Assembly (NCBI GenBank): GCA_902611635.1
Contig: CACMAB010000001.1
Coordinates: forward strand, 73,052 to 137,051
Source of the DNA: an uncultured Pelagibacteraceae bacterium
GTDB taxonomy: Bacteria > Pseudomonadota > Alphaproteobacteria > Pelagibacterales > Pelagibacteraceae
DNA length: 64,000 nucleotides
Direction of reading: 5' to 3'
Both the position numbers and the translations under genes were made by a program. Shown piece after piece: positions 10,532 through 20,326 of this stretch; position 1 is the stretch's first letter, and each line of letters starts with the position of its first letter. The notes under the pieces were generated by a model, which was given only the letters and a program-made list of their open reading frames with translations, did not search any database and was not told the DNA's origin.

Positions 10532-11325
10532 TGAAAATTATTGCAATTATAAATCAGAAGGGTGGGGTTGGAAAAACAACCACCGTAATTAACCTTGCCT
10601 CTGCACTGACACAACAAGGAAAAAAAATTTTAGTTATTGACTTAGATCCACAAGGGAATGCAACAACTGGTCTTGGTTTATCTAATTCAGAAAAATCAGA
10701 CGAAACTATTTATGGTATTTTAAATGGAACTAAGTCTATCTCAGAGGTAATTAAAAAAACAAAATTTGATAATCTTGATTTGATAACTTCAAATGTCGAT
10801 TTGTCTGGTCTGGAGGTTGAAACAGCTGGGGATAGTGATCGGGCATTTATTCTAAAGGTAAAATTAGCCGCTTATTTAAATGATTCTGGAGCAATATACG
10901 ATTATATACTTATAGATTGTCCACCATCTCTAAGTTTATTGACAGTGATGGCACTGGTATGCTCAAACTCTCTTTTAGTCCCCCTTCAGACAGAATTTTT
11001 TGCGTTAGAGGGTTTAACTCAACTGATGAAAACAATTGATCGAATTAAAATCAATTTAAATCCAGGTTTAGAAATTCAAGGAATACTTTTGACGATGTAT
11101 GATAGGAGAAATAAATTATCTTCTCAGGTTGAGCAAGAAGCAAGAAATTATTTTAAGGAAAAGGTATATCAAACAGTGATCCCACGTAATGTAAGATTAT
11201 CCGAAGCACCTTCACATGGAGTACCAGTTTTAATTTATGATAAAAATTGCCCCGGGAGTAAATCATATTATAGTTTTACAGATGAATTTATAAACCAAGA
11301 AAATCAAATAGGGAGTGCAGCTTAG
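10531..11325 (+). CDS. parA: chromosome partitioning ATPase ParA
   Basis: NQKGGVGKTTT, DLDPQGNAT, IDCPP, PRNVRLSEAPSHG. Confidence 0.98.
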   Translation: MKIIAIINQKGGVGKTTTVINLASALTQQGKKILVIDLDPQGNATTGLGLSNSEKSDETIYGILNGTKSISEVIKKTKFDNLDLITSNVDLSGLEVETAGDSDRAFILKVKLAAYLNDSGAIYDYILIDCPPSLSLLTVMALVCSNSLLVPLQTEFFALEGLTQLMKTIDRIKINLNPGLEIQGILLTMYDRRNKLSSQVEQEARNYFKEKVYQTVIPRNVRLSEAPSHGVPVLIYDKNCPGSKSYYSFTDEFINQENQIGSAA

Positions 11326-12164
11326 TGAATAAGATAAAAAAAGGATTGGGTAGAGGATTATCATCTTTAATAGGTGAAACTAAGGTAGAGCAAACAACTA
11401 ACAAATTATCAATCAGTGCGTTGTATCCAAATAAATTTCAACCAAGAAAAATTTTCGAAGAAGATAGTTTGAATGATCTAGAAAAATCAATAAAGGAGAG
11501 GGGTATTATTCAGCCAATAATTGTAAGAAAATCTGATGAAAATTCAAAGTTTGAAATTATTGCAGGAGAGAGAAGATGGCTTGCAGCTCAAAAAGCTGGT
11601 CTTCATGAGGTACCAGTTGTAGTTACTGAAGCAGATGATTTAAAATCTCTAGAGTTTGCAATTGTTGAAAATGTTCAAAGGAATGATCTTAATCCTTTAG
11701 AGGAAGCTCAAGGTTATCAAAGATTAATAAATGATTTTTCCTATGATCAAGAAAAAGTATCAAAATTTATCGGAAAAAGTAGAAGTTACATAACAAATTG
11801 TTTAAGGATATTAACTTTACCAAGTGATGTATTAGACTTAATAGAAACAAAAAAAATTTCAGCTGGCCATGCAAAAATATTGGTTGGGCTTGAAAATGCT
11901 AGTTTTGTTGCAAAAAAAATTATTGAAAAAAAACTTTCAGTCCGTCAATCAGAAACCTTTGTCAAAATTTTTAAAAAGAAAAAAGGCTTTAATGTAAAAT
12001 TTAATGATCCAAATATTCAAAATCTTGAAAGATCGATTTCTGATAAGATTGGTTTAAATGTTTCAATTAAGAATAATAAAAAAAATAAAGGAACGATTAC
12101 TTTTGTTTATCATGATATTGAGCAACTAAACAAAATAATTGATATTATTAAATCTAATTATTAA
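11325..12164 (+). CDS. parB: chromosome partitioning protein ParB
   Basis: GLGRGL, QPRK, IIAGERRW, ENVQRNDLNPLEEA; GTG start. Confidence 0.98.
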   Translation: MNKIKKGLGRGLSSLIGETKVEQTTNKLSISALYPNKFQPRKIFEEDSLNDLEKSIKERGIIQPIIVRKSDENSKFEIIAGERRWLAAQKAGLHEVPVVVTEADDLKSLEFAIVENVQRNDLNPLEEAQGYQRLINDFSYDQEKVSKFIGKSRSYITNCLRILTLPSDVLDLIETKKISAGHAKILVGLENASFVAKKIIEKKLSVRQSETFVKIFKKKKGFNVKFNDPNIQNLERSISDKIGLNVSIKNNKKNKGTITFVYHDIEQLNKIIDIIKSNY

Positions 12165-13146
12165 TTTCTGAACGACTTTTCTCTAAAATAAAATTTGTAA
12201 CTATAAGAATTGAATTATTATAATTTTTCTTAATCTTTAGCTCAACATCGTTAATATTTTTAATTAGTTCTTTAATCTTCTCGGTTTTCCATTTATTTAG
12301 TTGAACCTTTACAATCTCTTTATCTTTCCAAAAAATAGGTGGTTTGGCTGAGTTTATTGTTTTATTCATATCTTTGTTTCTCTCAAGTTCTATCGCAAGT
12401 CTTAAAATTTTTTTTGTTTTAGATAAAAAGGTTCTAAGAATTATTATGCAATCCTCAGTACTATAATTATTTTCATTTAGAATATTTATTATCTTATTTT
12501 TGTTTTGTGCTAAACAATTATCAATTAGCTCTGATATTTCAAAGTTTTCACTTAAATTAATTAATCTTAAAATTTCTTGAGATGAAATTTTTTTCTTACT
12601 AAATGTATAATTTGTTATTTTATTAAGTTCATTATTCAAATTATGTCTATCCCCATTACATTTATCCACAATGATATTTATGTTTTGTTGGGATATAGGT
12701 ATATTTTCTTTTTTAAAAAAAATTGTGGCTAACTTAGATAGTGTATCATTATTATCTGGATATGTAGGTATACAAACTAAATCATCATTTTTTTCAAATA
12801 AAGATCTTAGTTTCGATCGAGTTTCTAAATGACCTGCATTTATGATGATAGTGATATTTGTTGTATTTCTAATAATTAAATCTTGAATAATTTCAAAAAT
12901 TTTATCAGATGCTCTGTTTATTATTATTACTTTGTTACTTTCAAATAATGAACCAGATAATATATTTTCATAAAATGATTCAGTTTCATCCTTAATTTGT
13001 TTTTCATCATAATTGAAAACATTTCCATCATTCTTCTCTAAAATTTGATTAATACAATCAGTTTTTAAACCCTCATTTTTTCCATATAATAGAAAAAAAA
13101 TTGCTTGATCTGGGATTTTTTTTAACTGGAATGTTTTGTAAATCAC
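12154..13146 (-). CDS. holA: DNA polymerase III delta subunit
   Basis: LLYGKNEG, SLF, PPIFWKDK; leuS-lptE-holA synteny. Confidence 0.88.
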   Translation of the reverse strand: MIYKTFQLKKIPDQAIFFLLYGKNEGLKTDCINQILEKNDGNVFNYDEKQIKDETESFYENILSGSLFESNKVIIINRASDKIFEIIQDLIIRNTTNITIIINAGHLETRSKLRSLFEKNDDLVCIPTYPDNNDTLSKLATIFFKKENIPISQQNINIIVDKCNGDRHNLNNELNKITNYTFSKKKISSQEILRLINLSENFEISELIDNCLAQNKNKIINILNENNYSTEDCIIILRTFLSKTKKILRLAIELERNKDMNKTINSAKPPIFWKDKEIVKVQLNKWKTEKIKELIKNINDVELKIKKNYNNSILIVTNFILEKSRSEINN

Positions 13147-13601
13147 TTAATCATGGCCAATCTAAGAATTAATTTTTCTGATATTGAATTTGCAAGATTT
13201 TTTTTGATATTTTGCTCGTAATTTTTTTCTTCATATTTGTCAGTCATTTTTTTAAAATTAAATTTTTCATTTACTGAAAAGCTTTCAGAGTCATCATCTT
13301 TTTCAATCATAAATGTCGTTATCACATTAGTCTGATAATCAGTTATAGACCCTGCACTATTTTTTGCTAGAATATTTTTTTTATATTGTGTGTCAAAAAC
13401 AATGTTTATGGTTTTGTCAGATTCTTCTTTGCTGGTTCTTTTTAGGTTTGTAGCTATTAAATTATTTATATCTTTATCACCAGTAAAACTTGTTATTACA
13501 ATTTTGTAATTTACTTTATTTTGTTTCGAGTAAACAGGCGTATAATCACAATGGTTTAACAAATTTAATGATAGAATTATAAAAAATATCTTTTTTAGCA
13601 T
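13143..13601 (-). CDS. lptE: LPS-assembly lipoprotein LptE-like
   Basis: Lipoprotein-like signal ending in C-DYTPVY; lies between leuS and holA. Confidence 0.7.
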   Translation of the reverse strand: MLKKIFFIILSLNLLNHCDYTPVYSKQNKVNYKIVITSFTGDKDINNLIATNLKRTSKEESDKTINIVFDTQYKKNILAKNSAGSITDYQTNVITTFMIEKDDDSESFSVNEKFNFKKMTDKYEEKNYEQNIKKNLANSISEKLILRLAMIK

Positions 13602-16135
13602 TAAATTATTATATTCAAAAGTTTGTCTTTAATATAAATTTTTTTCTTTATATTTTTTTGATCAAAATACTTAATTATTTTCTCATCATTCTTAATTATT
13701 TGAAAGAGTTTTTCCTCAGTAATATTTGGTTTAGTATGAATAAGACCTCTTTTTTTCCCATTAATTTGTATAACTACATTAATAGTATCCTCTTTAAGCA
13801 TTGAGACATCATATTTGGGCCATGTAAAATTTTTAGCTTTAATAACGCTTAAACATTCATTTGCAAAATGAGGAAGAATTGGTGTCATTACAATTAAAAT
13901 TTTTTCATAGTTTTCAAAAAGTGTATTTTTTGTATATGGTTTATCAATTTGTTTAATTAAAAATGAATACATTTCATACAAGTTAGCTATTATTTTATTA
14001 TAACTAAAACTTTCAAGATTATCGTGAACTTTTTTTAAATATTTATTAGTATATTTTATAATCTCATCATCATAGTCTGAATCATTGTTTTTATTAATTT
14101 CATCAACTATTTTCTCATTTAATTTCCAAAGTTTTTGAATAAATTTAAAAGATGAAACAATACCTTCTTCAGACCACTGAACATCTTTTTCTGGAGGACT
14201 ATCAGATAATATAAAAAGTCTTGCCGAGTCAGCACCATAATTAGCAATGATATCTTCTGGGTCTATGGTATTTTTTTTTGACTTGGACATCGATTCTGAT
14301 GGCCCAACAGAAATTAATTTAGATTTGTCATTTTTGAGATATTTTTTACCATTTATATTTTCAATTTCATCAGGACTGACCCAATTGTTATCAGGGTCCT
14401 TATAAGTTTCATGACACACCATCCCTTGTGTAAATAAACCACTAAATGGCTCTAAAATATTAAAACTATTATTATTATGTGATAATGCTTGCATAAAAAA
14501 TCTTGAGTAAAGCAAGTGTAAAATTGCATGTTCTACACCACCAATATACTGATCGACAGGCATCCAGTAATCAATATCTTCTTTTCTAAATCCATATTCA
14601 CTTTCTGTTGGTGAGCAAAACCTCAGATAATACCAAGACGAGCAAACAAAAGTATCTAAAGTGTCAGTCTCTCTAAACATTTTTTTTCCATCGATATTAA
14701 TTTCTTTCCAATTATTCTGACTATCAAGCGGATTACCTTTTACGTTTAATTCTATATTTTCTGGCAGTTCAACTGGCAACATTGATTTGGGAATTGGATG
14801 AACTTTTCCGTTTTCATCATATGCTATTGGGATTGGACATCCCCAGTATCTTTGTCTTGAAATACCCCAGTCTTTTAATCTGAAATTAATCTGTTTTTTA
14901 CCTAATTTTCTCTCCTCTAAAATTTTGATTGTTTCAAGAATTGAATTGTCTGGTGCTTCAAGGCCATTTAGAAAATCAGAATTAATTAATACACCTGATC
15001 CTGGATATGCTTCTTTCTCTACAATATAATCTTCATCTTTATCATGTGGTCGAACTACAGTTTTTATTTCTAAATTATATTTTTTTGCAAAATCAAAATC
15101 TCTTTGGTCATGAGCTGGACAACCGAAAACAGCACCAAAGCCATAATCCATTAATACAAAGTTAGCAAAATACACAGGCACTTTTTGTTCTGGGTTGAGG
15201 GGATTTACTGCGTTAAGATCGGTTTTAAAACCAATTTTTTCTCCAACTGCTATTGCTTCTTCAGTAGTGCCAGTTTTTGAACATTCATTTTTAAAATCTA
15301 AAAAACTTTTATCATTGATAAAATATTTTGAAATTTCGTGATCTATTGATAAAGCTAAAAAAGAAAATCCAAACAACGTATCTGGTCTTGTGGTAAAACA
15401 TTTGATATTTTGAACTGGTAATTCACCTTCAATTTTAAAATTTATCTCACAGCCAAAAGATTTCCCAATCCAATTCTTTTGCATTGTTTTTACTTTGTTT
15501 GGCCAAGCATCTAATTTTTCCAGACCATCTAACAACTCTTGGGAAAATTTTGAAATATTAAAAAACCATTGGTTCAATTTTTTTCTCTCAACAATTGCAC
15601 CAGATCTCCAACCCTTACCATCAATAACTTGTTCATTAGCCAAAACAGTTTCATCTACAGGATCCCAATTTACATAATTTTCTTTTCTGTAAACAAGTTT
15701 TTTATCAAATAATTCTAAAAAAAAGGCTTGTTGATGTTTATAATAGTCTTTGTTGCAAGTAGAAATTTCTCTATCCCAATCAATTGATAAACCCAGTTTT
15801 TTTAATTGGGTTTTCATATTTGTTATATTTTTTTGTGTCCATTTTTTTGGATCTAAATTATTTTGTTTGGCGGCATTTTCAGCAGGCATACCAAATGAGT
15901 CCCATCCCATAGGGTGTAAGACATTATATCCCTGAAGAGATTTATAACGAGCAAGAACATCACCTATAGTATAATTTCTAACATGGCCCATATGAATTTT
16001 TCCTGATGGATAGGGAAACATTTCAAGACAATAAAATTTTTTTTTTGAGAGATCTGTTTTAACTTTGAAACTTTTGTTTTTTTCCCAGTAATTTTGCCAC
16101 TTCTCTTCTATCGATTTAAAATTATATCTACTCAT
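13601..16135 (-). CDS. leuS: leucine--tRNA ligase
   Basis: [13 protein letters not shown] (HIGH-type) and SMSKSK (KMSKS-type) motifs, editing domain. Confidence 0.99.
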   Translation of the reverse strand: MSRYNFKSIEEKWQNYWEKNKSFKVKTDLSKKKFYCLEMFPYPSGKIHMGHVRNYTIGDVLARYKSLQGYNVLHPMGWDSFGMPAENAAKQNNLDPKKWTQKNITNMKTQLKKLGLSIDWDREISTCNKDYYKHQQAFFLELFDKKLVYRKENYVNWDPVDETVLANEQVIDGKGWRSGAIVERKKLNQWFFNISKFSQELLDGLEKLDAWPNKVKTMQKNWIGKSFGCEINFKIEGELPVQNIKCFTTRPDTLFGFSFLALSIDHEISKYFINDKSFLDFKNECSKTGTTEEAIAVGEKIGFKTDLNAVNPLNPEQKVPVYFANFVLMDYGFGAVFGCPAHDQRDFDFAKKYNLEIKTVVRPHDKDEDYIVEKEAYPGSGVLINSDFLNGLEAPDNSILETIKILEERKLGKKQINFRLKDWGISRQRYWGCPIPIAYDENGKVHPIPKSMLPVELPENIELNVKGNPLDSQNNWKEINIDGKKMFRETDTLDTFVCSSWYYLRFCSPTESEYGFRKEDIDYWMPVDQYIGGVEHAILHLLYSRFFMQALSHNNNSFNILEPFSGLFTQGMVCHETYKDPDNNWVSPDEIENINGKKYLKNDKSKLISVGPSESMSKSKKNTIDPEDIIANYGADSARLFILSDSPPEKDVQWSEEGIVSSFKFIQKLWKLNEKIVDEINKNNDSDYDDEIIKYTNKYLKKVHDNLESFSYNKIIANLYEMYSFLIKQIDKPYTKNTLFENYEKILIVMTPILPHFANECLSVIKAKNFTWPKYDVSMLKEDTINVVIQINGKKRGLIHTKPNITEEKLFQIIKNDEKIIKYFDQKNIKKKIYIKDKLLNIII

Positions 16136-16174
16136 TACAATTAATGTTTAATCCTTAGAAACTACTTTCATTCA

Positions 16175-16744
16175 TTAATCTGGATTTGACATACGATAAG
16201 GTTTGTAATTTTTATCCTTCGATATTTTTTTATATATAGCCGCTTTTGTAAGAATCTGTTTTGTTATTTCTTTTTTTAGCTGACCCTCTTGTTTATTAAT
16301 TTTACAATTATTTACGGCCAAACATCTTTTGTAAAAAATATCTACGTCTATAGCGTCGGCTCTTACTTCATTACTTAAAAACCTTATTGTTATTTTTATC
16401 GACTCTTCTGCATTACCTTGTTCCGAATACCAGTCGGTGATTATAATGCCTCCACTATAATTTGCTGAGGTTAGGGGCATAAAATTTAAAACATCAAGAG
16501 ATGCCCGCCATAGTTCATTTGAACTTGCAAATTCAAAATTTGTACCTCCTCTATTACCTCCCATAGCATTACTTAATCTAAAACCTTTTCCTTCCTCTAA
16601 ATTTTTCTTAACTCTCAATTTAGGATCAGGTGGATTTTTTCTTGCATCCCCAGTTTTAAAAAAACCTTCTTTGGCACACGAACTAAGTGTAAAAAATATT
16701 AGAAAAAGTACGATAAAATTTTTGTTTTTAGGTGATTTAGACAT
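16175..16744 (-). CDS. DUF3576-like lipoprotein
   Basis: Lipobox LSSC; LWRASLDVLNFMPL...GGIIITDWY motif; upstream of leuS as in other alphaproteobacteria. Confidence 0.75.
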   Translation of the reverse strand: MSKSPKNKNFIVLFLIFFTLSSCAKEGFFKTGDARKNPPDPKLRVKKNLEEGKGFRLSNAMGGNRGGTNFEFASSNELWRASLDVLNFMPLTSANYSGGIIITDWYSEQGNAEESIKITIRFLSNEVRADAIDVDIFYKRCLAVNNCKINKQEGQLKKEITKQILTKAAIYKKISKDKNYKPYRMSNPD

Positions 16745-16818
16745 TTTGAGTTTTTAAAATAAAATTAAAACAAATATACATCTTATTGTAAAATAATTGA
16801 AAAAATTCACATAAATAG

Positions 16819-16836
16819 TGTTGCATAATTGCAACA
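16819..16836. promoter_or_regulatory. palindromic operator TGTTGCA-N4-TGCAACA between the divergent lipoprotein and porin genes
   Basis: Perfect 7-bp inverted repeat in the longest intergenic region of the window. Confidence 0.6.
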
Positions 16837-16947
16837 GCGAATAAATTTATTCAAAAAAAAAGGTAAATTAGGGGTTTAATTTGATAAAAATGTTAATTTG
16901 CCAATGTTTATTATTAATAATCAAACAATTACAAAGGAGTGATTAAT

Positions 16948-17928
16948 ATGAACAACTTTAAAAAAATCGGATTATCAGCATTAGCTGGTTCTCTCGTGGC
17001 TGTCTCTGCACACGCTGCTGAATTTTCAGTATCAGGTAGCGCGTCAATTACTATGGACAGACCAGTTCTAGATAAATATGGAGAAGGTGCTGCTACAGGG
17101 AATGATTTCTCTATGGGTGATAGCCTTACTTTTAACGCAAGCGGTGAGACTGACGGTGGTATTGGTGTTGCTGTAATGTATGAAATCGATAATGGTGCAC
17201 TAGACGATTACGACATGACACTATCAGGTGACTGGGGATCATTAAAATTTAATGGTTCAGGTACTTCATCTGCGTTAGGTGCAATTGATGACGTAACTCC
17301 AAATGCTTACGAAGAAGCATGGGATATCGTTGACTATGATGGAACTCTAACAGTTGGAGCTCCAACGATCATCGGCGGTGGTGGAGGAACAAATATGTTC
17401 ATCTACACGTCTCCAAGTTTTAGTGGTGCAACTATTACAGCTGCTTACCAAAACGATGGTGGCGCTGCTGCTGTAGCAGATTCATACTCTGACTTTGCTA
17501 TTAAGTTTTCACCAGAAATGGTTGAAGGCTTAACATTAGGTTATGGTGCAGGATCAGTTCCAGTAGCTGGTACAGACTTAGCAAAAGATAACTCTACTAT
17601 GTATGTTAAATATGCAATAGGTGGTTTCACTGTAGGTTATCAAGTATCTGAGTCAGATCATGACACAGCTTCTTCAAGCTTAGATTCTACAGCTTATGGT
17701 ATTACATATGCAGTAAACGATGATTTCTCAGTCGGTTACAGCTACCATGAGACAGAATTTGATGCTGCTGCATCAGATAACACTGATCAAGAATCAACTG
17801 GTATCTCTTTCTCATACACAATGGGTGGAATGACACTTGCTGGTGCTATGAACGATGTAGATTCAATGGATGGTGTTGCAACTGGTGACTATGAAGGTTA
17901 CGAGTTCAACTTAGCATTCGCATTCTAA
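16948..17928 (+). CDS. major outer-membrane porin
   Basis: Signal peptide ending AHA, Gly/Asp/Ser-rich beta-strand pattern, C-terminal F (NLAFAF); AAGGAG RBS before ATG 16948. Confidence 0.88.
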   Translation: MNNFKKIGLSALAGSLVAVSAHAAEFSVSGSASITMDRPVLDKYGEGAATGNDFSMGDSLTFNASGETDGGIGVAVMYEIDNGALDDYDMTLSGDWGSLKFNGSGTSSALGAIDDVTPNAYEEAWDIVDYDGTLTVGAPTIIGGGGGTNMFIYTSPSFSGATITAAYQNDGGAAAVADSYSDFAIKFSPEMVEGLTLGYGAGSVPVAGTDLAKDNSTMYVKYAIGGFTVGYQVSESDHDTASSSLDSTAYGITYAVNDDFSVGYSYHETEFDAAASDNTDQESTGISFSYTMGGMTLAGAMNDVDSMDGVATGDYEGYEFNLAFAF

Positions 17929-17948
17929 TTAAGTTAGAAAATAAATTT

Positions 17949-17981
17949 AAAAGAGGCCCCTTTTTAGGGGCCTTTTTTTTT
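17949..17981. terminator. bidirectional intrinsic terminator after the porin
   Basis: AGGCCCCT-TTTT-AGGGGCCT hairpin followed by a T-run and preceded by an A-rich run, between convergent genes. Confidence 0.9.
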
Positions 17982-18510
17982 ATTTAAAGTATGAAATTCC
18001 GGCAATACAGGATATATTTGTTAAATTAATTTTTTTTATATTTTTTTTGGATATACCACCTAGAGCAACAACTTTCTTGTTTGTATATTTAGCCAAAATT
18101 TTAAACTTATTAAATCCTAAATAATTTTTATTTTTTTTAAATAGTGAGGATATAAAAATGTTTTGGACTTTTTGTAGTTCTTTAATTCTTATTTCCTTAA
18201 GGTTGTGAGCAGATCCTATAACAGCAAAATTTAGAGATGTGGAATATGCCAGATGATTAAAATCTTTATTAAAAGAGGGTATATAAACCCCATCTAATTT
18301 TAGTTTTAATGCTAATTTAAAATTATTAGCTAAAAAAAACTTATTACCTTTTTTCTTCAAAAAATTTTTAAGTTTTATAATTTTGTTTAAATTGATATTT
18401 GACGAAGAATAATTTCTATAAATAATTATTGTTTCTCTATCTTGTTTTTGTAAATTATTTGTATCAAGAGTATTAATAAAGTAATATTTGGTAAGTAATT
18501 TAATATGCAT
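17980..18510 (-). CDS. thiamine-phosphate synthase (ThiE/TenI)-like TIM-barrel protein
   Basis: GSAHNLKEI and VVALGGI motifs; start placed at ATG 18510 (ORF track starts at 18522). Confidence 0.7.
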   Translation of the reverse strand: MHIKLLTKYYFINTLDTNNLQKQDRETIIIYRNYSSSNINLNKIIKLKNFLKKKGNKFFLANNFKLALKLKLDGVYIPSFNKDFNHLAYSTSLNFAVIGSAHNLKEIRIKELQKVQNIFISSLFKKNKNYLGFNKFKILAKYTNKKVVALGGISKKNIKKINLTNISCIAGISYFK

Positions 18511-19164
18511 AAAATAGTTCAAAATCTAGTAAATATAAAAGAAGAAATAAACTTTAATTTATCTAATCAAAAAAATCATAAAATACCAAAAATCATAGCT
18601 GTTTCAAAGACTTTTAGTATGGATAAAATATTACCGTTAATTGAATATGGACACTTGGATTTTGGTGAAAATAAAGTCCAAGAAGCAATCAAAAAATGGA
18701 GTGAGATTAAATTAGTTAATAATAATATAAAGTTGCACCTTATAGGTGGACTTCAAACCAACAAGGTTAAATTAGCTGTAAAATTATTTGACTATATTCA
18801 CTCAGTGGATAGTGAAAGACTTGCTAAAAAGATATCTGATGAACAACAAAAACAAAACAAAAAAGTAAAGATTTTTATTCAAGTAAATATTGGAAATGAG
18901 GAACAAAAATATGGAGTAGATAAATTATCAGTGTCTGAAATGTACTCTTATTGTAAAACCCTCAATCTTGAAGTGGTTGGGTTAATGTGTATTCCACCAC
19001 TAAATGAACCATCAGAAATTTTTTTTAAACAAATGAATGAGTTGAATAAAAAGTTAAATTTCAAAGAGTTGAGTATGGGTATGTCTTCAGATTATTTAGA
19101 TGCAATAAAAAATTCTGCAACATATGTGAGGATTGGCACTAATATATTTGGTCAGAGGAACTAA
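18505..19164 (+). CDS. yggS: pyridoxal phosphate homeostasis protein (YggS/PLPBP)
   Basis: IAVSKT, FGENKVQEA, HLIGGLQTNK, LSMGMSSD, RIGTNIFG. Confidence 0.96.
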   Translation: MHKIVQNLVNIKEEINFNLSNQKNHKIPKIIAVSKTFSMDKILPLIEYGHLDFGENKVQEAIKKWSEIKLVNNNIKLHLIGGLQTNKVKLAVKLFDYIHSVDSERLAKKISDEQQKQNKKVKIFIQVNIGNEEQKYGVDKLSVSEMYSYCKTLNLEVVGLMCIPPLNEPSEIFFKQMNELNKKLNFKELSMGMSSDYLDAIKNSATYVRIGTNIFGQRN

Positions 19165-19655
19165 ACAATTTTAATTTTTGCTTTTTTGTTTATTAATTTT
19201 AACATTATTAAAAAATCTTTTTTTTTCATGGCTACACAGCCAAGGGTAGGTTTATAATTATTTGTTAGATGAATAAAAATACAGCTTCCCATATATTTAA
19301 TAGGTTTTAAAAAATTATACTTAATTGGTATCATTAAATCATATATATGATCTTTTCTGTAAAGTTTTTCGCATTTAATTTTTTTATTAAGTTTGATTAA
19401 TCTATTATAATTTTTTATATCTAATGGGTCATCACACCACCCCATATTTTTTTCAATTTTAATACACTTTAAATTAGTAAATGGTTTTTGAATTCTATCT
19501 GATCTGTAATATAAATTTTCAATCGCGAATTGACCGATAGGAGTTTTTTTGTCTCCTTCTCTTTTTTTTTTACTTTTACCATTTTTACCAATAGAACATC
19601 TAAATTTAAAATCATCCACCTTAAGTGTATGTTTATTTTTTAAGCAAATTATCAT
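19161..19655 (-). CDS. L,D-transpeptidase family protein (YkuD-like)
   Basis: EGDKKTPIG, WCDDP, GSCIFIH...PTLGCVA (His/Cys catalytic pair). Confidence 0.85.
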   Translation of the reverse strand: MIICLKNKHTLKVDDFKFRCSIGKNGKSKKKREGDKKTPIGQFAIENLYYRSDRIQKPFTNLKCIKIEKNMGWCDDPLDIKNYNRLIKLNKKIKCEKLYRKDHIYDLMIPIKYNFLKPIKYMGSCIFIHLTNNYKPTLGCVAMKKKDFLIMLKLINKKAKIKIV

Positions 19656-19668
19656 ATTCTATATTTAG

Positions 19669-20235
19669 ATGAATAATTATAATCTCGTAATTTATGAATT
19701 TGAAGAACTATATAAGATTTTAATTGAAATTAAAAAAGATATAAATCTTAACTTTGAAAAAGCAAATAAACAACAACTGCCTGATCTTAATTCTAAATCT
19801 AATTATTTAATATTTACTAAAAAGGAAATACCTGGGTTAGTTAATCAAATAGTTTTTAAAGACTTTCCTATATCAATTTTTAAACTACTAGAAAAAATTA
19901 ATATTCAGTTTATAAAAAAAAAATTTCACGATCAATCTGATATCACGATTGGCAATTATAGTTTTAATTTAAATTCACGTTTAATGTCTTTTGAAGAAAA
20001 TAAACTTAAACTTACAGAAAAAGAGATTAATTCAATAGTATATCTTTCTAAAATTGGGAAAGAAGTCAAGATACAAGAATTACAAGATAAAGTTTGGGGA
20101 TATCAATCTCAATTAGAAACTCATACAGTTGAAACACATATTTATCGCTTAAGAAAAAAAATTTTAAAAACTTTTGGTGATGGAAACTTTATAATTAGTA
20201 AGAAAAATGGTTATAAAATTAAAGAAGAAAAATAG
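19669..20235 (+). CDS. OmpR-type winged-helix regulator, CenR-like, with degenerate receiver domain
   Basis: LTEKE...VWGY...THTVETHIYRLRKKI C-terminal domain; short N-terminus without recognisable receiver acidic motifs. Confidence 0.75.
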   Translation: MNNYNLVIYEFEELYKILIEIKKDINLNFEKANKQQLPDLNSKSNYLIFTKKEIPGLVNQIVFKDFPISIFKLLEKINIQFIKKKFHDQSDITIGNYSFNLNSRLMSFEENKLKLTEKEINSIVYLSKIGKEVKIQELQDKVWGYQSQLETHTVETHIYRLRKKILKTFGDGNFIISKKNGYKIKEEK

Positions 20236-20326
20236 ATTTGCTAAAGATCTTTTTTCTAAGAAATATAAACCTAGAGTAATTAAACCTAAAAAAGGTAAAG
20301 GAAGTTTTAAAAGGATAAAGAATTAA
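20207..20326 (+). CDS. arfA: ArfA-like alternative ribosome-rescue peptide, 39 aa (not in ORF track)
   Basis: Manual translation MVIKLKKKNRFAKDLFSKKYKPRVIKPKKGKGSFKRIKN; contains the ArfA KKGKGS(Y/F)xR signature; fills the gap between two genes. Confidence 0.7.
   Translation: MVIKLKKKNRFAKDLFSKKYKPRVIKPKKGKGSFKRIKN

Noticed and set aside
12662-12670. Perfect DnaA box TTATCCACA in holA (another at 43596-43604 in lnt)
   Set aside because: Isolated, intragenic and unclustered; no oriC can be called, and it more likely lies beyond hemE outside the window
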